Assembly: GCA_050613775.1 (NCBI GenBank)
Contig: JBODTK010000133.1
Location: 124,001 to 188,000 of the forward strand
Reading direction: 5' to 3'
DNA length: 64,000 nt
Source: Neocallimastix sp. 'constans'
Taxonomy: Eukaryota
Shown here: positions 12,673-26,511 of the stretch, one piece after another
Layout of the letters: every line of letters begins with the position of its first letter
Numbering within the stretch: position 1 is the stretch's first letter
Position numbers and translations under genes: made by a program
The notes under the pieces: model-generated
Seen by the model: only the letters and a program-made list of their open reading frames with translations
Database searches by the model: none
Told to the model about the DNA's origin: nothing

Positions 12673-12995
12673 ATAATAATAATAATAATAATAATTCTTT
12701 TATCATAATTAATTTTTTTTACAACATAAATTATATTGGTATTAATATATACAATCATTTTTTTTTTGTTTGTTTCATTGACTTAATAAAAAAAAAATTA
12801 TTTGAAATGGATTTATATACAATTTACAAAAATAAAAAAATAAAAAAAGCAGAATTCAGAATTTATATTATAACTTTGTATTTAACAAAAAAAAATATTA
12901 TTTTTAATTTATTATTTTATTTAATTTATTATTCATATTTTTCTATATAATAGTTATTTATTTAAATTATTTCATCCTTTTTTTTTTTTTTTTTT

Positions 12996-13027
<32 letters not shown>

Positions 13028-13172
13028 AAAACATTTTAAAAAAATCTTTAATTTATTATTATTTTTATTTTACTAACCTTTACATTATATTTTCATTTAA
13101 TTTATATATATATATATATTTATAGCTCATTAATATATTATGCACATAGCTCAAATTTCATATTTTTATATA

Positions 13173-13220
<48 letters not shown>

Positions 13221-13524
13221 TTTTTATTTTTATATTTTTCATTTATTCCATATATAACATCTAAAATAATAATAATAATAATAATACTTAATTTATTGAA
13301 TAGCATTTTTTAGGGAAAAATATTTATATTATATATATATTTATTAAATTATTTTTTATAATTATTTTTTTTTTTTATTTTTTTTTTTAATTTTTATTTT
13401 AATTTTTATTTTAATTTTTAATTTTTATTTTAATTTATATATATATTTATATATGATTTTTAGATTTTTTATTTATTTTCTTTTTCTAGTAATTTTTTAA
13501 TCTAATAGTAAAAACAAAACAAAA

Positions 13525-13561
<37 letters not shown>

Positions 13562-13864
13562 AAGACTTTTTTTTTTATTATTATTAATTATTATTATTTC
13601 TTCATAATTAATATAAATATATTTAATTTTTAATTCATTTCTTTAAATTTATATATGTATCTAATAATTATTTTTATATAGAAAATACTTTTTTTTTTTA
13701 TTATAATTTTCTTTCCTTATATATATATAAATAATATTACATTTATTTTTCAACTTTTTTTTTTTTTTTTCCTTTTAATGTAATTAATTTAATTTAATAG
13801 ATATATATAATAATAATAATAATAAATTATAATTTAATTAAATAAAATAATAAATAAAATAATA

Positions 13865-13907
<43 letters not shown>

Positions 13908-14126
13908 GTTTTAATTTTATCTTCAATTTTATATATATATTATATAAAAAAGAAATTGTTTAATATAAAATTTTTCTAAAAAAGTATATATATACATATA
14001 TATATATCAATTTAAAATTAATATAAAGATATGAAAAAAAAAAAAAAAAAAAAAAAATTACCCTTAAAGGAACGTTTCTACCTTTCAGGAAGAAAAAGAC
14101 CATCTTCTTGAGATACCACCGCCGAG

Positions 14127-14164
<38 letters not shown>

Positions 14165-14655
14165 TAATACTTCCAATGTATCTACCACTCTTCCTTTAGC
14201 CTCCTACTTCAAGGTATAAGAAGATTAAGGTAGTCACCACACTTCAGTATACTTAAACTTATATGATCACGCATAGACAGATATTGTCCCTGCCGAACGG
14301 TTTTACTTCACTGGATTGTTCAACATTTAGCGCCCTCCCTGACATGTCTTAACATGCCTATTATTACTGAGAATTTACCAGTAGACACTTTCTATATAGG
14401 AATGCCTCTCTCACTCCTGTCCGTAATTTCCCCAGGGAGTGTTGCATTTCATCAAGTGACGTATGAATAAAAATAAATGAATGAATAAATAGATAAAAAT
14501 TCAAACTATGTTTTTTAAAACTTTTTTTTCTTCAAAAAATAATCAATTTTATTTTAATATTATATTTACAAATAATATATTTTTAATATTCTGTACAATT
14601 ATTTATAATATTTAATTATAAAATTATATTTAATTATAAAGATATATTTTAATAT

Positions 14656-14717
<62 letters not shown>

Positions 14718-14999
14718 AAAATTATTACAATAACTTTATTTTAATTATCTCTTTTTAAAATATTTTAATTATAAAAATATATTTTAATGTTCTTAAGCTA
14801 ATCTAATGTAATAAAGATCAAAAAATACTTTAATCATTATTGTATTTTTATTCATTTATTCTCTTTTTAAAATAAATTTTAACTATTAATAAATTATATA
14901 ATTATGTAAAATTAATAATTATGTACGACAGAATTCATTTGATTATTTTTCTATCATTTCTTAATAATTTATTATTAATTAATAATTTTAGTATTTAGA

Positions 15000-15980
15000 T
15001 TATTTGAGTATTTCAAACATAATTCAATGAAATCATTTCTAACACTTTTTTTTCTAAAGAGTTTCCATATTTTTGTAATATTTAACTAAAGCCTTGATTT
15101 CTTCAGTCCATATTAATTTTTTTTTAAAAAAAAAAAAAAAAATACTCAATCAGGTCTCCTTTCTAATCAATGTAATATTTGGATTTTTCTTTTTGAAGTT
15201 TTAATAATAATTGAAAAAAAAAGTGTTTTTTTTTTACAAATATTTTTTTAAAGTATTTATTAAAAGATTCTGAAACATTATTTATAATATACTCAATATT
15301 ATCATAATGATTCCAATTTTCAATTTCATAAATAATTAAATAGGTTTTTTTAAATATTCTAAAAATTCCAATAATTGAACATAATTATGTTCTTGGTACT
15401 TAACTATTTATTTTACTATAAATATCATATATATCATATATATATATTCAGGGTTAATAAAAGGAAAGTTCAAAAATATTTTGATAATAAATATATAAAT
15501 CATTTATTTTTTCAACTTTATTTTCACATAATTCTTTTTTCTTTTTTTTTTTTTTTTTTTGAATTTCTAAATTCTCTTTTAAAATATCATATATAATATT
15601 TAATAGTTACATTAAGAAAAACTTTTTCTATAGCATTAGATATGGCTTTTTCAAAATCGCAATCAAATATTTTTTATATAGAATTGATTAAATGTATTTC
15701 TTAAAACACAATATTAATATAATAAATACTATATTCTCTATTGTATTATAATTAATCAAAAGAAAAGAAAAAATGCAACCTTCTTAAATGATATATATAT
15801 TCATCTACGCAATACAAATTTCTTAAACATTAAAATTTTATTTCATATATATTAGTTAAAAAAAATTTTTTTATTAAATTTTTTTTCAAGTAATAATTTT
15901 CGAATAACAAATTAATACTTAAATTTTTAAAAAATATACACAAATACTCATTTCATAAACAAATTTATAATGATTTTTAT
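15000..15980 (-). mobile_element. Degenerate Mutator-like (MULE) transposase relic
   Basis: The minus strand reads FDCDFEKAISNAIEKVFLNVTIKYYI*YFKR (about 15670-15575) and later LEFLEYLKKTYL...ENWNHYDNIEYIINNVSESFNKY. These resemble the MULE DFExA..NA...VFP...C.WH and WN...TNN..ES.N blocks. The relic has stops and frameshifts, and its boundaries are approximate. Confidence 0.72.
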
Positions 15981-16189
15981 GGATAGAACTTATTGATTTG
16001 AATTATATTAGTAATTTAATTTTAAAATGAATAATAAAAAAAAATATGATATTAAACAAAATAATAAAAAAAAATATGATATTAAACTAAATATTAAAAA
16101 TAAAATAACTTTAATATAAGATATAATATTAAAAATAATAATAATTATTAATAATAGAAATATTACACTATAAATTTAATATTATTAAG

Positions 16190-16232
<43 letters not shown>

Positions 16233-16540
16233 ATAAATTTAGTAAATTTTTTTATTAATTCTTTTTTTTTCTTTTTAATTCTTAATAATTTAAAAAACAG
16301 ATCTTATCTTTTAAATTTTAAATTCTGAGTTTTAAAGAATTTAAAAAAAAAAAAGTATGATAAAATAATACATCTTTCAACTAATTATTATTATTGATTA
16401 TATAATTAATAATTTATCATCTTTTAATACTTCAATTGATAAATTTAATATTTCAATATTAAAAAACATTATTATTAATTTAATTTTTTTTTTTTTTTTT
16501 TTTTTTTTAACTTTTTTTTTATTAATTAATGACCTACAAG

Positions 16541-16571
<31 letters not shown>

Positions 16572-16929
16572 TCGTCAATATTAAATTAATAAAATTGATC
16601 CTTAAATTAATTAAAAAAAAAAAAACTTTTTTTTTTTCTTTTTGTGAACTTCCTCGTTCCATATAAAAATTAAAGTATATACAAAATTCTATATTAAAAT
16701 TTTGATTATAAAAAAAAAAAATAAAAAATGGAATCAATAAATTTAATAATTAATAGCTCTATTAATAATCTAATCCATATAAATATGGGTTGATTACACA
16801 GTTTAATTTAAATTAAAATTTGTATTTTAATTAATAAATTCGTACAACAATTGAATTATATAGAAAAATGTGGAGAAATTTTATTACTATTGCTAATTAA
16901 ATATTATTTTTAAATATATAACTAATTTA

Positions 16930-17081
16930 TTATAATAAAAAGATAATAAATAATAAATAATAATAATAAATAATAAATAATAAATAAATAATAAATAATA
17001 AATAATAAATAATAAATAATAAATAATAAATAATAAATAATAAATAATAAATAATAAATAATAATAAATAATAAATAATAG

Positions 17082-17116
<35 letters not shown>

Positions 17117-17190
17117 TAAATAATAAATAATAAATAATAAATAATAAGTAATAAATAATAAATAATTAAATAATAAATAATAAATAAATT
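16930..17190. repeat. AATAAAT heptamer satellite (reverse complement of the TTATTTA array)
   Basis: Tandem TAAATAA units with a short (AAT)n stretch. Confidence 0.9.
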
Positions 17191-18678
17191 CATATTATAA
17201 TTAATACTAATATAATAACAATAATAAAAACAATTTTTAATTGTTTCTTTTTATATTTATAATTATTTGAACTTATGTAAAATTTATAATAGATAGCATA
17301 TTATTATATTATTCAATCATTAGCTCAAGAATATTTATGCTAATAATTAAAGCAATAATAATCATAATAATTAATTGCAATAGATTTATTTTCTAACTTC
17401 AATAATTGTGTGTATTATTATTTTTTTCTTTTATAATTAGTATTTAAAAAATATTTCAATAATATTTTAAAAATAATAATAATTATTAATTATTTACTAA
17501 TTATTATAATTATAATTATTATTAAAAATCTTTATTAAATTTTTTTTTATTTTTATTATTTTTTTTATATATTTTTATATTTTTTATTTTTCTATGGATA
17601 AATATATTTAAATTTACCCCACCATTAAAAAAAAAAAAGTTAATTTTATTCATTCATTATTAAGAAAATTGTAAAGTAAAATAAAAATATATATTTTAAA
17701 AAATTATTATTTCAATAGAAGTTAAGTTTTTATATTAGCATAAATGATTATAATTATTATTATTTTTAATAATTCTTTTATTGGATATTTATCTTTCATC
17801 CTTATTGTTAGTTATTAGTTTCAATATTTTACAAACATTATATCTATTATGTTTTATGGAATCTAATTATTATTATAATATTATAATTTAAATTTTAATA
17901 TTATATATAAAACTTTAAATAAATAAATAAATAAATTTATTGGAATCTCTCCCGTATTTCTCATTAGCTAAATTAGATACGATATATCAACGAAATACAA
18001 TGGATATCTTCAAATGATACTACTATTAATAAAAATTAAACATAGTAATTATAACGAATAAATTACTAATAATTCATACAGATAACATGAATACAAATAA
18101 AAATAATATTTTTATATAATAAAATTTAATGGAAACATATTTTTATTTTCCAATATTTAATTATAGATTATTATTATTTATCTAATATTAAATAGGCACG
18201 TTTTCTCATTAGAAATTAATAATAACAATAACAATAATAATAAAAAAAACAAAACAAAAAATAAAAAAATAAAAAAATAAAAAAAAAGAAAAATTAACAA
18301 AGACAAAATCGTATCTTATAACTGAATAGTTGAAATGATAATTAAAATCAAATGAATGAATTCAAAAACTAACAACTAAAATGAATATATCAATTTAATA
18401 TAGACAAAACATTGTTTTGAATAAGGCGGGGTTTATTAATATATTTATTCTTAATTTTGGTTTAATACTTTATATATATTATTTAAAAATTTTAATTTTT
18501 ATTAAAATATAAAAGTGTCTTTTTCTTCTCTTCTCTTTTCTTTTTCCTCCTATATTATATAATACAAATTCCTTTTTTTTTATTTATTTATTGGTAATTA
18601 AGTTGTTCTATTATTTAATAGTTATTTAAAACTTTTATACGTAATAATTAATGTAATATTAATAAATAATAAAAATAA

Positions 18679-18713
<35 letters not shown>

Positions 18714-19951
18714 TATTAATATTATTATTATTTTATTATTAATTATTATTATTATTATTATTACTTTTATTATTTTTGTGACAATTTTAAAAATTAAATT
18801 TTTTAAACATATTTTAAGAATAAAAAAGAATAAAAAGATTTTTTTTTTAAAATCTTAAAATATAGAAATAATATATTTAAATTATATATTTAGTACATAT
18901 AATTCCATATATTAAATTCAAGTTACATATATTATTTAATTAAATGTTATTTTCACTTACTTTAAATAAAAATGTAATAAAAACGTAATTGTATCTACAT
19001 TTTTAGTCATATGGATGAATCATTTTTAGAAGAGAAATGAAATAATAGAAATTAATATATGGACAGATATATAACAATTAACAGTAATATATACTATTGT
19101 GAATTATTAAATTGAATTAAGTATATAGAATATAAATAAAATAAGATTAAAAAAAAAAAGTATAAACATTTTGAAATTATTTAATATATTTATAAATATT
19201 TATATATTTATATTTGTATTTATATTTACATTTGTATTTATATTTATGATTATATATATTATATGTATATAGTAATATATTAGTTATAGCATAATTTTTA
19301 TATCCCATTTTTTAATATAAGAAAAATAAATTATTAAAATAATAAATCCATATATTGTTTAATATATTCAATAAGAAAAGAAATAATTAGCGAAAAGAGA
19401 ATTTGGATAAATTGAAAATTTTATATATTATATGGGGTTTTTATTATAAAATAGTAATTTAAATTAATATAGAGATAATTGTATACTTTAATATAATAAA
19501 ATATATTCTTTCTATATATAATGAATAAATTGGAATTATGATCATTTTTAATTAACCGTAGTAATAAAAGATATTAATAATATAATATATGATATAAAAT
19601 ATAATATAATATATATTCATTTTTGAGTAATAAATTTATGGTTATTTCATATTAATAAGTATAAAAATATAAAGCTTTATTTAATAATAACCATAATAAT
19701 AATTTTAATAATAAATATATAGTTAGAATATAAATAATAATAATTATTACTACTAATAATAAATAATAATATTAATATTGATATAAAGTTTAGTTATTAA
19801 TAATTATTATAATTAATATGTGATAAGATTCAAGACAAAAAAAAAAATTATAATATAAAATAATCAAAAAAGGAACAAATTTTGATTTTTTTTTTATTTT
19901 AATATTTTTTTTGTGATAAAAAAATTTATTATTACATATAATAAATAAAAA

Positions 19952-21913
19952 ATGTCTTCTTTATTAACTACAGTAGGATTAAACAAAGTATCATTATTAA
20001 AGCCAGTTTCTGTTTTAGCTGCTTCTAAGCTTCCATTAAATACTAGCTTAAAACTTAACAATGTTTCTTTAAATCAACGTTGCTTATTTTCTAACCAAAC
20101 TTCTTTATTAGAAGAATCAAAATGTCAAAATGGTAGTTGTAATACTAATAAAAAGAAGAGAGGAAAGAGATTAACTAAGAAGAAGGCTCCTTTTGATCCT
20201 TCAAAGACTGATTACGCTAATTGTGAAGGTTTTGTTCACTCTGTTGAAAGTATGGGTTCTTTAGAAGGTCCAGGAAACCGTTTCTTATTATTTGTTACTG
20301 GGTAAGAATAAAATATTTTTTTTTTTTTTTTTTTTTTTATATTGATAAAATATAATATTATAAAAAATGATAAAAAGAAAAAAAAAATAAAATAAAATAA
20401 ATAGAATAATAAAGATAGGATAATAGTTTAGATGTGAGCGAACCTTTTTTTTTTCTCGATGTATATGAAATAATTTTATTATTTATAGTTTATATTTGGA
20501 ATCGAGAAATGATTTGTAAAATCTAAAGATAATAATAATAATAATAATAAATAAAAATAAAAATAATAATAATATTTCAAATAATTGAGAGTTTTATTAG
20601 AAATATTTAAAATAATTAAAAAAATAAAGCTATAAGAAATAAATAAATAGAAAAATATAATAATTTAAAATAAGAAAAATAAGATCATATTAATAAATTT
20701 GTTTTAGATGGATGTTCCATATTAAGTAATTTTATTATTATTGTTGTTTTTAATTATCATTAATATAAAATAACAAAAAAAAAAAAATAGTTGTCCAGCT
20801 AGATGTATTTATTGTGAAAACCCAGATACCTGGCAAAATGCAAACGGTACAAAAAAGGTGAGCTTTATTATTCCAAATATAGAAAGAACTAACATATAAA
20901 AAGTATAACTGTATATAAAAAGTAAATACTAAATACTAAATAATATATATTATAATAATATTATAAATTATAAAAAAAAAAAAAAAATTGTTTTATTCAT
21001 AAATATAATAGAGAGTTGCTGAATTAATTAAGAGAGCTAAAAACTTAAAGCCATACTATGAAAACTCTGTTGGTGGTGGTGGTGTCACTTGCTCTGGTGG
21101 TGACCCATTATCTCAACCAGAATTCGTTTCTTCCTTCTTCTATGCTATGAAACATGTATGTAAAAGCATCTAAATTTTAATTAACATTATTTAAAATATA
21201 GTATTATTGTATTAATAATAAAATTTTTCTTTTTTTCTTTTTTCCTTTCCTTTTTTTAAAAAAATTTCTTTTTACACATATAATAGGACGTTGGACTTCA
21301 CACTTGCCTTGAAACTTCAGGTCAAGGTAGTCAATATTCTTGGGATACCGTTTTACCACAAACTGATTTAGTTTTACTTTGTAAGTTATATATTATAGAT
21401 ATAATTATTAGGATTAAAAAAAAAATTAAAATTGTATTAAAATATATTATATATTAATTTTTTTTTTCCCATGTTATTTACTTATTATTAAATAATAATA
21501 ATACAAAATAATATATATAAATATATTGATATAAAGGTATTAAGCATCCAAATGCCAAAAAATACAAGGAAATTACTAGAACTTGTGAATTAAGTCGTAT
21601 GATGGAATTCCTTCATGAAGTTGAAAGACGTAACATTCCATGGTGGTGTAGATACGTTGTTATTAGTGGCCTTACTGATAATGATGAAGATTTAAAGGAA
21701 TTAGTTGAAATTTGTAATAATTCAAAGACTTTACAACGTATTGATTTATTAGCTTACCATACCTTAGGTGAACACAAATGGAAGGAATTAGGTTTAAAGT
21801 ACATTATGGGTGAAAACTTAATTCCAAAGAAGGAAAGACTTACTGCCATTGCTGAATACTTAAAAAAGAATCTTAAAAATAAGAATGTTGAAGTTAACAG
21901 TGGTGTTGAGTAA
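19952..21913 (+). CDS. pflA: Pyruvate formate-lyase activating enzyme (radical SAM) with N-terminal organellar presequence; exons 19952-20301, 20791-20857, 21012-21155, 21287-21380, 21537-21913
   Basis: The spliced product has [34 protein letters not shown] (CxxxCxxC), [38 protein letters not shown] and [19 protein letters not shown], collinear with bacterial PflA. All four introns are GT-AG and phase-consistent. Confidence 0.95.
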
Positions 21914-22597
21914 TTTAAATTAAATAAAATAAAATAAAATTATACAAATATATATATATAAAAAAAGAAATAAAAATAAAAATAAAAGAAGAAAAAACAA
22001 TATAAAGAAATAATCAAATACATTACTATAATACTACTTTTTTTATCTAATCTATAAATATATAAACCTAAAAAAAAATAATAATACTATTAATAAAAAA
22101 TTTTTTTTTATTTAAAATTTAAATTTGATTATATCAAATCATTTAATAATATAAATATTTTTAATTTAGAAAAAAAAAATTTTTTTTTATGTAAAAAATA
22201 TTATAAATTAAAAAAAAAAAAATAAAAATAAAAATAAAAATAAAAAAATAATAAAATAATAAAATAAAAAAGTAAATAATTAATAATAAATATAAAAAAA
22301 AAATTTATATAATTATTGAAAAAAACAAAAACAAAAAAAAAAAAATTAAAATAAAGGAATTTCTTAAAGTCATTCTAGTTTAATACAAATAATAATAATA
22401 ATAAGATAAGTAATAAATAAATAAATAAATTTAAGTAAATTTAAGTAAATTTAAATAAAAATTAAAGAAGAGAATCTTCAAAATATGAATGAATAAAATA
22501 AATAAATAATAATAGAAAAAAAAAGTAAATATATTTATATATATATATATTATAAAATGATAATAATGAGATAATATATTTATATATCTTATTTAAA

Positions 22598-22630
<33 letters not shown>

Positions 22631-23269
22631 ATTATTATTATTATTACTTCTATTAATATTTATTATTATTATATTTATATTATTGGTAGTTATTAAAATT
22701 TAATAAATTATATAATGTCAATGAAATATAAAAAAATGTTGAATCTAGTGGCTCTGGAGGTGAGGTTCGTTAACTATGAACCTTTTTTTCTGAATTTATT
22801 TATATATCTTAAAATTGTGTTGATATTAGTAATTTTCTGAATAATGAGTGTGTAAATATATATATATGATGTGGTAACCAATTTTATAACTGTCTACATC
22901 TCTTGGTGGAAGAGATACAGACATTATTGATTTAAATTATAATAAAGGATTGGGATGTTTTGTTTAAGAACCAAATCATTTCTGGTGATTATTATAAACA
23001 TATCATTCTTAGGTATGATCTGCGGCTCTCTTTTACAGAAATTATGTCCAAGGGCTACTTCCTACTACTCGACAAGGGTTGCTATGCCTACGGTATAAGT
23101 CTAAACTAACCAGGAGTGTCTGCGCCTGAAAATGCAGTAAGACAGGCTAGCAGGATCAGTACCTCTGAAGGAGAAGACCATAATTTCTTTCAGATAGTCA
23201 ATTCAAACCTTAATCCGTGATAAGAATTCCCATGAAACCAAAAAAATCTTTATAATCTTGGAGGGGAGC

Positions 23270-24412
23270 AAGGCATTACAGAAACTAACTATGAAAAATT
23301 AAAATTTATTTACACAAGAACTTTATTCAATCATAAGCTGTAAATACAACTAAGCGTAGTATAGGATTTAATTGGATATTAATGTTTAAGATGGTGGATA
23401 TACATACTTATACAATACCACTATTGCCTTTAAAAATGATGGTAAAATTAAAGAAAATTGTCCCCAAGAAAAAATATTGTTCCATATTTACGGTAAAGAT
23501 AATCCATTGAATATTTTGAATGTTCCACTTTTTTTTTTTTTTTTTTTATTTTGGAAAATAAAATAAGGAAGTTACTTTTATTCTCCTCCTATTCATTTAT
23601 TTTTAGATTGTGAAATGCAAGTTAAAAAAATATGAATTTTTTTATGTTCCTTCTTGGTTGAACTACCATTTAATTCTGGAGTGGGGAAATAAAAAAGACA
23701 TTTTAAAAGAATTTCTATTAAAAGAATTCAGAGCTCTAATGTTCTATATATAATTAGCTTTGTGGATTACCTTATCAACACCATTCCAGTCATTAGTAGC
23801 TCTCTTGAGTTACTTTTTGATTGGCATAGTAGAAAACCTTTCACAACAAAAAGAGTCAACGTCAAAACGATATGGTAAAGAGAAACCTCTATTACTAGTC
23901 CTTTATTACTAGTACATCTTACACAAATAGTAATAATCGTTCTTTACACAATAAAATCTATGGAAATTGAATCTCCTGAAAATATATCTCTTGGTCTGAG
24001 GGAGAGAGTTCAGTGGTCACTACACTATCTTCTTTAGAGATGTTACTTCTTTGTTTTATTAAGTTAAATATTTTTTTTTTTTTTTTTTTGGTAGAAATGA
24101 ATCTCTACTCAAATCATAAACCATAATAATTTTTAAATTTTTTCTTTATTTTCATTGTAATTATATTAATTTTACTTTTTATTAAATTTTTTTTGTGTAC
24201 TTTTTTTTTTTTATTTTTTATATTTTTTATATTTTTTATATTTTTTATATTTTTTATATATATTTTTTCTTCATCTTAATATATTTATAATGTATTTTTA
24301 AACTTAAATGTATACAAATTATAAATATTTTTTAATAATTGATAAATAAAGCAATGAATGTGTAATCTCTTCCTAATCTAAAAAAATAAAAAAAAAAAGA
24401 AAGAAAAAAAAA
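23270..24412 (+). mobile_element. Degenerate non-LTR (LINE-like) retrotransposon 3' fragment ending in poly(A)
   Basis: Decayed IGFNWILMF...ENCP...SIEYFEC zinc-knuckle-like region. It is clearly homologous (inverted) to 33500-34370 and ends in AATAAAGCAATGAATGTGTAATCTCTTCCTAATCT plus an A-rich tail (24345-24412). Confidence 0.75.
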
Positions 24413-24563
24413 GGTTTAATGGATATCTCACTAATTAGAAAACAATATCCAATTTTCAGGAAAAACAGACCATCACCACATATAATATACAACATAACAT
24501 CTACCGCCATCAATAAATCAATAGAAATACCATTAATTATCAAAAATATTCAATGATTAAAAA

Positions 24564-24599
<36 letters not shown>

Positions 24600-24602
<3 letters not shown>

Positions 24603-25903
24603 GGTGAATCATTGGACTTACGTCCCATTTTTGTTAAAATGAATAATACAATTAATCATATAGTTAACTCATTCTTTGGATTTTTAATCAATAGTAAAAT
24701 ACCTTAAGTTTAAAACTCATATCTTATTTTCCTATGTTATTAGTTCAGTACTTCATCAGGCTCTTTTAACTAGGTGCATACCAAAAAGAACACTAAAAAA
24801 GCTCAAATCACTTTTAATCGTGTTTACTTTGGAGATTTTTTAGTTTAAAAATTAAAACTTTAAATTTTATTATTTACAATATCCATAAGGAACTTATATA
24901 TTCATCCTACAGAGAGTTTTCACACAAAAGAAGTGATGATTCAATGCTTTTAAAAATTGGAAAAAGAGTCTTCTTTTAATCATTTCTCATTTAGCTAAAA
25001 GCATTCCAACAATTTTACGTTTAATTCCTGAACGAAAAAAAAAGTTTATAGATTAATATTACACAGACAAAAAGAATAAATTCCTTGGAAAAATAAGAAA
25101 GTTTTATTTGGAAAATGTTCGTTCTACAAGTAAGCCTACGATCAAGTAAATACAGGAAATTTAAAATTTTTGTTTTAAAAAAAAAAAAAAAAAAAAAAAA
25201 TTATTTTACTTTTTTTTCTAAAAATGTCTACAATTTACTCTAGTTTTTTTTTTGGATTAAATGAATAAAATGTGAATTCAAATTAGTATAATGTAAAATA
25301 TTTTATATTAAATGTAAGTATGTGTCAAATGATTGCTTAACACGTTGTCTTTGTTGTAGTGATAGTAATAACATGCATAGTTTTACAACATTGGATATCT
25401 TTTATACCCTAAATTTAATGAATTTTAAGTAACAATTCATCCTATTTATTGATGAAATTTTTATTATTATTATTATTATTATTTTTTTTTGATTACTTAT
25501 GAGAAATCTTTGAATATTCTTGATAAAAAGAAGAAAATTTTTAAAGTTAAAATATTAACTTTTAAGTAGTTTGTCTCTCTCTTGGCGGAAATGTAGTATT
25601 TGAAATCTTATTGATTAGCTTTAAGGAGAGGGGAAAGCAAGAAGAATTTTTTATTAAAAATTAATCTTCGAAAGAATTTTCTTTCCTGATTTTAAATTTT
25701 TTAGGACATGCGGAATACCTTAATAGCGTCATGACAATTGTGATTAGTAATTTTTTACACTTTGCTTAATTTTAATATCATTAAACCTATTATTGTGATG
25801 AGTGTCTAGATCAAAGCAACGCATTTTCATGTATTTTTTAATTTAATTATTAAATATTAATAAATAAAGTTTAATCCTAGACAAAAAAAAAAAAAAAAAA
25901 AAA
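24600..25903 (+). mobile_element. Second degenerate LINE-like ORF2 fragment
   Basis: 24780-24960 aligns by eye with 54350-54520 (TTTAATCG.G.TT...TTTGGAG.TTT). Decayed QCF..WKKS.LII..L and NDCLTRCLCC...HWI Cys-rich segments are present, and an A-run lies at about 25883-25903. Confidence 0.6.
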
Positions 25904-26473
25904 GAAATAACTTTCTGTATTTTTAAATTGGTTAACACTAATTGTCAAATTTTAATTTTTTTTTTTTTTTTTTATTGTTTTAAATTAATTTATATAAAGA
26001 TCTATATCCCTTATCTTTGCTTTCTTCTTTTTATTATCATTTATTAAAAACTAAAAGTAAATGTTTTATTTTGTTTAAATTTGGTACTTTTATTAAATAT
26101 ATAATTATTTGTTCAATATCAATGTTTTCATTCTTCATTATTCGAACGAATTTATATGTATCCTTAATTAAATCATCTTATAATTTAACCTAAACAATAA
26201 TTAGTCATTAATAATTTTTATCTTTTTTTTTAAAGATACTACGAGAATGATATAATAAAAATACCAAAAAAAAAAAAAAGAAATTTCTAGAGAGTTAATA
26301 TCTAGTCATCATAATAAGAAAGAAATTTCTATTATTAGTTTTCCATGTTTATCGAATATTGTTAATGACAGTAAAACATTTTTAATGATTTTTTAATTTT
26401 GTAAAATTATTCATATTTTATTATTTTTAATTTTATGGAATAAATTTTAATTAATAAATATATAATATATTTT

Positions 26474-26507
<34 letters not shown>

Positions 26508-26511
<4 letters not shown>

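Noticed and set aside
14248..14270. CTTAAACTTAT resembling the 5' end of U12 snRNA
   Set aside because: The branch-site-pairing GAGTAAGGA segment and the Sm-site context are absent.
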